A stretch of 64,000 nucleotides of DNA from a virus (Duplodnaviria > Caudoviricetes). The DNA is taken from IMG/VR virus record IMGVR_UViG_3300029171_000002, positions 9,343 to 73,342 of that record. One strand, written 5' to 3'. Shown here piece by piece: positions 57,265 through 64,000 of this stretch. A program made the translations under genes and the position numbers. How positions within the stretch are numbered: position 1 is the stretch's first letter; each line of letters starts with the position of its first letter. Below the pieces are notes generated by a model, which worked only from the letters and a program-made list of their open reading frames with translations, was not told the DNA's origin and ran no database searches.

Positions 57265-57481
57265 TTCTCAAGGCTCACGGGAATTCCTTCCACAGATTAG
57301 GATCAGGTATTCTCCACTCCAAATGATTAATCTTGATTGCTCCGCAACGATTGCAATACGAGACAGCTACGCCTGTGTAGGTGCCTTCCAGTACGTCAAA
57401 TGCGCACATGTGTCCAGGATGCTTGCAATCACGTTGCAGCTTGGATAGTAACCAGTCCTTCAAGTTCTCAAGGCTCACGGG
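57265..57481. repeat. 17-bp direct repeat at consecutive gene junctions, 200 bp apart
   Basis: TTCTCAAGGCTCACGGG at 57265-57281 and 57465-57481. Confidence 0.8.
57275..57478 (-). CDS. small Cys/His protein
   Basis: CKHP...YCNRCG. Confidence 0.5.
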   Translation of the reverse strand: MSLENLKDWLLSKLQRDCKHPGHMCAFDVLEGTYTGVAVSYCNRCGAIKINHLEWRIPDPNLWKEFP

Positions 57482-57860
57482 CGGGCTCCTTTGCGAGTAA
57501 TGGGCTCAAACCAAAACGGCTCCGTTCGTTCTCGCTTAAGCCAAACTGCTCAATGAGAGCTTTCGTGGGAGCCACATCTCCGCTATTGCCAGCTTGGCAG
57601 TCCCAACCTGTATAGTCACATCCGCCACGAGCAACGAACCAACGTCCATCCTTTAGCTGGCCATAAACAACCCATTCGGCGCCGTCGTTCTCGCCCTCAA
57701 CCATTCCAGAGATACTCTCTACGTCCTCTCGGGTGAACGTGCCCAAATTAAATCCTTCGGGATTGCATGGATGGTTCGGCGGGATAATCGCGGTGCAGTT
57801 ACCGCCATCACCCTCACCGAAAACTTCTGCCCAATCGTAGTCATCAAGCTCTTTCAACAT
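57468..57860 (-). CDS. conserved phage hypothetical protein
   Basis: YDWAEVF...LKDGRWF...GGCDYTGWDCQ. Confidence 0.65.
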   Translation of the reverse strand: MLKELDDYDWAEVFGEGDGGNCTAIIPPNHPCNPEGFNLGTFTREDVESISGMVEGENDGAEWVVYGQLKDGRWFVARGGCDYTGWDCQAGNSGDVAPTKALIEQFGLSENERSRFGLSPLLAKEPAREP

Positions 57861-57889
57861 GTTCCCTTCCCCCTCTTCGCTCGCTTGGA

Positions 57890-58348
57890 TCAGTCCAGAA
57901 CCACTACTTGAGCTTTCAACAAGTCCACCGTATTTTGAAACGCCTTCATCAGCACGTCAGGCGAGAGGTTAAGCGGATACACACTCCCAGCCCTGCCCAT
58001 TCCAGCCATAACGCAATCGGAGATCATGTCCAAAACGTCGATGAGGTTTACATCCTGCGGGACCCCATCCTCTTGTAGAAGGTGATGGCGATTGATCTTC
58101 CTGTGACGGTCCCACCATTCGGTTTTTTCGAATTTGGTCAGAAAGTCCCTATGGAATCCATCGATATCTGTGATCTTGTCTGTGTCGTGATTTCGGGCGG
58201 CTTGGGCCAGCAGGTGGTCGAAAAATGCCAAGCCCTCTCGAACGTCTTGGATGTGCTGGACGCTGCTCTCAAGCAACTGCTGACGGCTAACCTTCGTGAC
58301 ATCACAGGTTCTGGTATCTGCTGTGCTGCTCTTTCGTATGGCAATCAT
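57890..58348 (-). CDS. conserved phage protein (HD-like His-rich)
   Basis: HDTDK...HRKINRHH...NLIDVLDMISDCV. Confidence 0.65.
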   Translation of the reverse strand: MIAIRKSSTADTRTCDVTKVSRQQLLESSVQHIQDVREGLAFFDHLLAQAARNHDTDKITDIDGFHRDFLTKFEKTEWWDRHRKINRHHLLQEDGVPQDVNLIDVLDMISDCVMAGMGRAGSVYPLNLSPDVLMKAFQNTVDLLKAQVVVLD

Positions 58349-58690
58349 TGTTTTCCTTTCATCCTCCGCGAAGCTCGCTTGGATCGGGCGGCGAGCCAGT
58401 CACGCAAGTCGTCATACAAGATACTTGGGCGCACAGTTCCAACTCCAGACTTTATGAAGTTCAATCCCCACTTGCTGATTAGGAATCCCCGTATTGACCT
58501 CCGTTCCTTCCGCCGTCCCCGCCTCTCCCCTTCCGCAAGGCCAAGATGCCATCCGTCTGAATGACCGTGTTGATAACTTTCTTCTTTGGTCTCTCTATCC
58601 TTCAGCTTTGCCCACTCACGCTGGAACTCTGGAGTACCGTAGAGCTTCTGGAGTGGGGATGGCTCAGTTGTTGATGTGATGACCTCTAGC

Positions 58691-59494
58691 TTAGTTTTCA
58701 CGATTCTCCTTGAGCCTCGCGAGGTTCCCCACAAGAATGCCCCTTCGCAGTTCATCAAGTGGCATACGCTTAAAGTCGAGAGGTTGCCCGTGAAGGCTGA
58801 TGTTATTGCACTGAAGTTCTCCATCATCGCCATAGACGCCATCGCAACCGTGGCCAATCCACAGAGCTTTACGCAACTCGTAGTCTGAATCTTGCAGCTC
58901 CCCCTTCAGCCTCTCGACTTCCTGCTGGAGTTCTGGGCATTCAACAACCAATACACGGTCTGAATGGCCCACATCGACAACTACGCAATTTAATCGATCA
59001 GTTGTTGAAAGTGCCAATGTCACAGTCCAAGGTTTCCGTGCAAGGGTTAACTCCTGCCGGAGCTGGTCGCGCTGGGCCAATACCTCGTCAAAATCACAAC
59101 GGCAATCGTCGTGATGCTTCCCGCATTGCTGACAAGTGCAACAATTACCATGTGTAGGAACCAGCCTTTTCAGTCGCTCAATCTCAGCCTGCGCTGCGGA
59201 GAGCTGCTGCTCCAAGGCTGCTGCCAACTTCTGCCACGAAGTTTGGGTGTCGGAGAGCTGCTGCTGCAGCCTCTCAATCTTCTGCCAGGAGGGGATATCA
59301 TCATCCGCAGATCCAGGCAAGCCAGGAGATTTGTGCAGTGTCTCCCGCTGCACGCCCGCGAGGTCGATGGCGTAGGCTACCCTGAGCGCATCCGCCCAAC
59401 ACACTTCGCTGCCACAGGCAATTTCGGTGCTTCCCGCATGGTAATGAGCTGTCTCACTCATCACGGCTTCAATCGCTTCTTTGCTCGGGTTCAT
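58691..59494 (-). CDS. coiled-coil hypothetical protein
   Basis: 267 aa with CCTC..C..C.C cluster. Confidence 0.5.
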   Translation of the reverse strand: MNPSKEAIEAVMSETAHYHAGSTEIACGSEVCWADALRVAYAIDLAGVQRETLHKSPGLPGSADDDIPSWQKIERLQQQLSDTQTSWQKLAAALEQQLSAAQAEIERLKRLVPTHGNCCTCQQCGKHHDDCRCDFDEVLAQRDQLRQELTLARKPWTVTLALSTTDRLNCVVVDVGHSDRVLVVECPELQQEVERLKGELQDSDYELRKALWIGHGCDGVYGDDGELQCNNISLHGQPLDFKRMPLDELRRGILVGNLARLKENREN

Positions 59495-59676
59495 TTGGGC
59501 TCCTTGACAACATAAGTCACAGGCACAGTCCCATTGCCTATCTGTTCAACCAGCGCGTCTACATCAGCACCCTCGATGATTTGCTCCAACATATTGAGCG
59601 CATCGGCCTTCTCTTGAAGACTCTCATGTTTCATTTCCAACACTGCAACCCGTAAGCGATGTGCGTAGTCAATCAT
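59491..59676 (-). CDS. hypothetical protein
   Basis: SD GGAGG. Confidence 0.5.
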   Translation of the reverse strand: MIDYAHRLRVAVLEMKHESLQEKADALNMLEQIIEGADVDALVEQIGNGTVPVTYVVKEPK

Positions 59677-59689
59677 TCTCCCTCCGTTG

Positions 59690-59909
59690 CTGGGGCCATC
59701 AGGCCAGTCAGCCGAGTTGAACGGCTAGACTTTACAGTGCAGTCCCTATTTGCCTCATTAGGACTGGAACCTGACCGGCTTGATTGCCACTACCCGGACT
59801 TGATGCGATTTTCCACGCCGCTGATGGCCCCAGTTAGCTGCCCTATCTCAGAGGCTGGATTCCTTGTACGACGACCAGCTCGCACTCTAAGGCACTAAGG
59901 CAGCTAACT
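59690..59909 (-). ncRNA. candidate structured RNA containing a tRNA-like domain
   Basis: Perfect 13-bp and 11-bp inverted repeats; 7-bp acceptor-like stem plus perfect T arm. Confidence 0.5.
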
Positions 59910-59917
59910 CGTTCCAA

Positions 59918-60097
59918 TCAGTCTTTGTCTCTCTCGATGACGGCAATGATGAATTTGGATGGGTCCTCGTCCATGTCAATAAACGCCTGCCTGCACTTCT
60001 GACACAAGCTCAGGTCTTCACAGGTTCCGATATCATCGGTGAGCTGATCACACATGCCGCATTTGATTGGACCAAGTTCGTACTGACAGTCGCTCAT
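59918..60097 (-). CDS. small Zn-finger protein
   Basis: From MSDCQ; CGMC...C...CQKC. Confidence 0.5.
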   Translation of the reverse strand: MSDCQYELGPIKCGMCDQLTDDIGTCEDLSLCQKCRQAFIDMDEDPSKFIIAVIERDKD

Positions 60098-60330
60098 TTC
60101 TCCTCCATCCCGAAGCGGCGCTTGAGCCTGCTGACAGCCATCGCTGTATACTTGTTGTAGGATTCCCCTTGCTTGCGCTTCGCCAGTATGGCTACCTTCT
60201 CCTTGTCGATCTCGGCGAACAGGGCGCGGACGATTGCCACCACCACTTCCCGATATACAGTAGGCCCCATCGCAAAGTTCGGCCATTGGTCTTTCCTAGC
60301 GTCAATCCACTTCTCAAGCTCAGCGTTCAT
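60094..60330 (-). CDS. hypothetical protein (start MNAELE)
   Basis: SD GGAGG before ATG at 60330. Confidence 0.5.
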   Translation of the reverse strand: MNAELEKWIDARKDQWPNFAMGPTVYREVVVAIVRALFAEIDKEKVAILAKRKQGESYNKYTAMAVSRLKRRFGMEEK

Positions 60331-60368
60331 CCCATCCTCCAATCCTTGTGCAGTGAGTTGTGACAATA

Positions 60369-60499
60369 AAACCAGCGGGCCGGGCTTGATTCCGGCTAGT
60401 TGCCATCTGCGTTTTTTAGCAGGCGGCGGATATGGGGCAACCCTCACCGTCGCGGGGAATCGAACCCCCTCATGTGTCCATCCACATCGCCGCTGGTTT
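60369..60499 (-). ncRNA. candidate structured RNA with T-loop hairpin
   Basis: 10-bp closing stem AAACCAGCGG/CCGCTGGTTT, GGGG-TTCGATT-CCCC, several hairpins. Confidence 0.4.
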
Positions 60500-60652
60500 G
60501 TGACAACACTTGTGTCGGTCACTCAGTTAAAACCATCGAAATCAGGCATAAACTCGGCCTGCCAATCCAACCTACTTCCTAGCAGAATCAGCAAACATAC
60601 ACTTTTCCTTGCCAGTCTAAACAAAGACTACGAATCAGAAGGCCCTTGTACT

Positions 60653-61012
60653 CTAAAACGGCAGTTCCGTCACAGCCCGTGTCAGTGCTCTCAGCGTGGC
60701 GCCCACACGAGCACTGGCACTCACACATATTTTGTAATAAGAGATCGAACCTTTACAGTTGACGCACCACAGAATCTTATTACCTGCGGTTTGACAAAAC
60801 TCGCCACCGACAAGTATCCCGTCTTCGCTGAGAGCTAAAGCCATTTCGCATGGATGCTCCTGCCAATACGCTTTCAAAGAATCTTTGGCATGTACTCTTG
60901 TCGCTCTCGCATAAATGTAATTCTCAGCCAAGTGGCAAATCTTCTCCTGGTAGGTCTGGAACTTCTTCGGCTTGCGCTTTCGCTCGGGACCGCCACGGAT
61001 CTTCCTAACCAT
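60653..61012 (-). CDS. hypothetical protein starting MVRKIRGG
   Basis: GAGG SD before ATG at 61012; C-terminal Cys cluster. Confidence 0.5.
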   Translation of the reverse strand: MVRKIRGGPERKRKPKKFQTYQEKICHLAENYIYARATRVHAKDSLKAYWQEHPCEMALALSEDGILVGGEFCQTAGNKILWCVNCKGSISYYKICVSASARVGATLRALTRAVTELPF

Positions 61013-61177
61013 TTCCAATCCTCTGGCCACGATACTCGACAGGTGAATCCTGAAAACTCTGCTCAACCCTTAGCAGTAGCTCCTGCGTGACGTGACGGCG
61101 ATTCTGCTTTGCCGCAGATTGAAGCTTGCGAAGCAACTCTATCGGAATAGTGATTAGCTTCTTGTGTGCCTTTGGCT

Positions 61178-61573
61178 TCATGATTCCTCAATCTCCTGCT
61201 CTCGGAGCACCCTTTCATCGCGCAACAGCCCGGCAATGTCGGGACCAACCCAACCCTGTGGTTTCAGAATCTTCCCGTCTTCACGGCTCCCACCATCGAC
61301 TTTCTCCATGTTCGACCTATGAACCTCGTCGTAGTAGACGCCGAGATCGCTTACGCCGAAGCAAACAGCAGCACCGATGAGCGTGTAAATCGAATCGCAG
61401 ATGCCATCGATCGTCTTGACAAGATCGTTGGCGTCGATTGCCTCAAAGAGTTCGTCAATTTCTTCACGGATGAGCTTCTTTCTTAGTGTCGCTCGCATGA
61501 TCGACGGCCGAAACGCTGACTCGACGCCAAACTTCAGGGCAAACTCACGAACTTGTTGCTCCATCTTGTCCAT
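61178..61573 (-). CDS. MazG-like nucleotide pyrophosphohydrolase
   Basis: LIREEIDEL...DGICDSIY...EVHRSNM.K...REDGKILKP. Confidence 0.88.
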   Translation of the reverse strand: MDKMEQQVREFALKFGVESAFRPSIMRATLRKKLIREEIDELFEAIDANDLVKTIDGICDSIYTLIGAAVCFGVSDLGVYYDEVHRSNMEKVDGGSREDGKILKPQGWVGPDIAGLLRDERVLREQEIEES

Positions 61574-61574
61574 G

Positions 61575-62105
61575 TCACTCTGCCAGTGAGATCATATCCA
61601 AGTAAATTGTCTCTAGCCCACCATTATCCTTGCACGGCATGATAAATCCATCACCGCCTGTGAACCGGATCGGCACAGCATAGATACCACGGTTTTTGTC
61701 TTTCAATGGTAAGTCTTGGAGATTAGAGCCGATTGCTTGCGGAGCAATTTGAGGTTGTGGCAGATCCGCAATCAAGTGAATAAACTCCATGGTAAATATT
61801 GGACCAGCTATGCAAATCCGAGGGTGTTGATATCCCTTCCATTCTGGCTTCACATCCAACCACTGATACTCAGGAACCAGCTCAATCTTGTCCCAATTCA
61901 GGGCTCGCTCTACGGGATAATTAGTGTCAATGAATCCAGGGATTCTGCGTACTCTCAGAACAACAAATCCGTTGCTGGTGTAGGTATACGCGCCAACATT
62001 GAACGGTTCAGAGAAGTCCCAGTTTGTGATTCGAGGCAGAGTGGAGTCGCAGAATTTCTGCAACAAATACGCGATACTTTCTCCGCCTCTAATCGCTCGT
62101 CTCAT
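61575..62105 (-). CDS. hypothetical protein starting MRRAIRGG (possible clamp-like fold)
   Basis: YTYTSNGFVVLRV...F.GGDG.IMP motif. Confidence 0.55.
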   Translation of the reverse strand: MRRAIRGGESIAYLLQKFCDSTLPRITNWDFSEPFNVGAYTYTSNGFVVLRVRRIPGFIDTNYPVERALNWDKIELVPEYQWLDVKPEWKGYQHPRICIAGPIFTMEFIHLIADLPQPQIAPQAIGSNLQDLPLKDKNRGIYAVPIRFTGGDGFIMPCKDNGGLETIYLDMISLAE

Positions 62106-62181
62106 TAATCACCTATACATGCAGTGTACACCCGGAATATGCCGAAGGCAATAACATTCTTGCGCTTCTCGGTTGCAGCGG

Positions 62182-62421
62182 TCATTTCATCCCCTGACTT
62201 CGCCGCTGAATTTCCCGTTGGATGTACCATGCAGCTTTCTGGAGATCCTCGAGTGCGTTACCTTTCTCGTCAGCCCTCCAGATGTACTTCAGGGCATTGC
62301 CGAGATTGAAACCCATATGCTCAGTTATCTGGATGCACTCAACTCCACTCGGATGGGACGTGTAGTGCTTGGGATGGTTAATGGCGTCGTTCTTGCGCTT
62401 CTCTGCGGTCGCGGGGGTCAT
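62182..62421 (-). CDS. DUF3310 protein (T7 gp1.7-like nucleotide kinase family)
   Basis: INHPKHYT...ECI...FNLGNALKYIWRA..KG...EDL.KA.WY. Confidence 0.9.
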   Translation of the reverse strand: MTPATAEKRKNDAINHPKHYTSHPSGVECIQITEHMGFNLGNALKYIWRADEKGNALEDLQKAAWYIQREIQRRSQGMK

Positions 62422-63167
62422 TTGGTCTCCAAAACTGCAAGCCCTTGCCGGAACAATGTTCTCAGTTCTTCCACCTGCGGGGGAACCAACTTTGCTTTAA
62501 TTGCTCGCTCAATATTCCACGTCGATTCCCAATTAATCCCTAACTCCTTGAGCACATCTGCGGCTCTCTGAAGCTGTGCGAGCTGCTGTTCAGATTGTTT
62601 TACCGCCCTCTCGGCAGCTTGAACTTTGTCGATAGTTTCTTCTTTGAGTCTTTTACTCACCATCCACCCAAGTTTCTGGAACGATTTCTCATCTTCTAAG
62701 AGAGCCTTCCATCTGGCAGCCCTTTCCGCGCGGGATTCATCTACGTGGCCGCCTCGCTGCACACGAGTTCGGCACATCAGTACATAGAGAAGCAAATCCA
62801 CTGGCGGCTCAATCTGGCGATAAGAGGCCCTTCTCTTGGTGAGCAATCTAGAACCAGTCGATGCTGGCACCATCAAACCCACTGTTTCCGGCAACTCTTC
62901 AGGCTGAACAACTCCATGAGCTGCGACTATCCAAAGCTCATTGCATAAGCGCAAATAGGCTTGAATCTTTTGGTCCTGCAACCAATCGGAACGCGACACT
63001 TTTATTTCGTAGCCAGTGAGCTTTGGGTGTGCCCATGATTTTTTCATCGCCCATGCGTCCAAGCGAAAATGATTCCCGAACTGAGTTGGGCCATCTTTAC
63101 ACTCAGGGACAAACAAGTCATCGGAATGCTTCTCTGCGAGAAGGTCTAGAAGTTGTCCGGCTTTCAC
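62418..63167 (-). CDS. MmcB-like PD-(D/E)XK nuclease-fold protein
   Basis: RLDAWA...GYEIKVSRSDWL.D...ELP...GL. Confidence 0.8.
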   Translation of the reverse strand: MKAGQLLDLLAEKHSDDLFVPECKDGPTQFGNHFRLDAWAMKKSWAHPKLTGYEIKVSRSDWLQDQKIQAYLRLCNELWIVAAHGVVQPEELPETVGLMVPASTGSRLLTKRRASYRQIEPPVDLLLYVLMCRTRVQRGGHVDESRAERAARWKALLEDEKSFQKLGWMVSKRLKEETIDKVQAAERAVKQSEQQLAQLQRAADVLKELGINWESTWNIERAIKAKLVPPQVEELRTLFRQGLAVLETK

Positions 63168-63436
63168 CCCTCACCCCCTCCTTTCGGATCTCGCTGCAAG
63201 TCATCGTCTTTCTCTTGTTGAAGCCTTGTTAGCTCTTGACAGCGATAGCAGGTCTCCTCGGCGTGGCCGCATTCCTCGCACTCAATGGGATCTTCTAAAT
63301 CATCAATCCTAGAGCTATGGATTGGGCCAGTACCGAATTGCCAACCTACGATGCCGGTTCCGTTGCAGCTAGGACATGGGACGCATTCGCATCGATCTTT
63401 CAGTAGCCGTTTAATCTCGGTATCAATATCCATCAT
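63164..63436 (-). CDS. DnaJ-type Zn-finger small protein
   Basis: CPSCNGTG...CEEC.H. Confidence 0.5.
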   Translation of the reverse strand: MMDIDTEIKRLLKDRCECVPCPSCNGTGIVGWQFGTGPIHSSRIDDLEDPIECEECGHAEETCYRCQELTRLQQEKDDDLQRDPKGGGEG

Positions 63437-63965
63437 CCCTCCCTTCCACGACTGCCGCCGGATCTCTCTGCTTGCGGTCCACCGTCACCACAGTGTCGTT
63501 ATGACAGGCTCCGTGGCAGATTAGCAAGATCTCCTCAATTTCAAATCCTCGCTTGGCCCCTATGCCGGTGCTGTCCCAACAGAAGGAAATTGCCTTGCCA
63601 CCGGGCTCGATAATTCGAGCTATCTGATCCTTGCACCGGGCCCAGTATTCAGCGCGGCCAGCGGTTCCCTTCTGCTTTGGCGTATAGAGCCGCAGGCATT
63701 GCTCGACTGAGTAAGGCGGGTCGAACAGAACGCCACTCACGGAATTGTCAGGCTGCGCTTTCAAGAATTCCAGTGCGTCCATTTGTGACTTGGCGTTTCG
63801 GTCTTCGAGGTCGTTGGTAAACTCGGCAGGAGAATTCATGCCTGCGAATGGGTCTGCCCATCCCGCGCCTACGCCATGCCGCCTGAAGAGTGCCTGCACA
63901 CAACTCATCTTGAAGGTCCACTTTGTTGGCATCTCCCACACTCGGGCCACTTGGAGGACGTTCAT
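63423..63965 (-). CDS. adenine-specific DNA methyltransferase-like protein
   Basis: DPFAG (motif I) and LFDPPY (motif IV). Confidence 0.8.
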   Translation of the reverse strand: MNVLQVARVWEMPTKWTFKMSCVQALFRRHGVGAGWADPFAGMNSPAEFTNDLEDRNAKSQMDALEFLKAQPDNSVSGVLFDPPYSVEQCLRLYTPKQKGTAGRAEYWARCKDQIARIIEPGGKAISFCWDSTGIGAKRGFEIEEILLICHGACHNDTVVTVDRKQRDPAAVVEGRDDGY

Positions 63966-63983
63966 GCTCCTACCACCCCCGCC

Positions 63984-64000
63984 GATCGTGACTGGGAAAC
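63984..64000 (-). other. probable random-amplification primer tag (artefact)
   Basis: Terminal GATCGTGACTGGGAAAC is the reverse complement of GTTTCCCAGTCACGATC. Confidence 0.6.

Noticed and set aside
58485-58510. Internal RRSIRGF in ORF 58345-58857
   Set aside because: Not terminal and lacks GG; not counted as a tag copy.
59703-59779. Functional tRNA-Tyr(GTA)
   Set aside because: No canonical anticodon stem, oversized D region and no CCA; kept only as a tRNA-like element.
60440-60470. GGGGTTCGATTCCCC as a bona fide tRNA
   Set aside because: No matching acceptor 5' strand or anticodon arm.
24690-62105. RRAIRGG as a DNA-level repeat, promoter or recombination site
   Set aside because: Third positions and Arg codon families differ in nearly every copy; no shared nucleotide repeat.
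1-64000. CRISPR array, diversity-generating retroelement, integrase or att site
   Set aside because: No repeat-spacer array, reverse transcriptase or recombinase motifs seen; the duplicated Ig domains are in-frame protein repeats.
1-64000. Alternative genetic code
   Set aside because: Core genes read through intact under the standard code, and no suppressor tRNA was found.

Overview
A 64-kb segment of an uncultured tailed dsDNA phage genome, probably podovirus-like. No integrase, repressor, tape measure, DNA polymerase or endolysin is recognisable in the window. The left two-thirds (minus strand) is the packaging and virion module: TerL, portal, scaffold, major capsid, adaptor-like proteins and Ig/FN3/beta-helix-decorated structural proteins. 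It is interrupted by accessory genes (glycosyltransferases, radical SAM, HNH nucleases, tRNA-Met). The major capsid gene is split by an 807-nt group I intron carrying a LAGLIDADG-like ORF. A divergent promoter pair at about 41.1-41.2 kb starts a plus-strand early module: SMC-like ATPase, RNA ligase plus tRNA-Phe, RecE-like exonuclease, putative annealase, RusA, metallopeptidase, nucleotidyltransferase and ATP-grasp. This converges on a minus-strand block of lysis-like membrane genes, small accessory genes, two candidate structured RNAs, MazG-like, DUF3310-like and MmcB-like genes and a DNA methylase. The most striking unexplained signal is a short peptide, consensus [RK]-R-[AC]-I-R-G-G, at the extreme N- or C-terminus of 12 otherwise unrelated small proteins. 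It is encoded by fully divergent synonymous codons, which suggests a phage-wide peptide tag or docking/cleavage system. Family assignments are from motif recognition only; no database searches were run.
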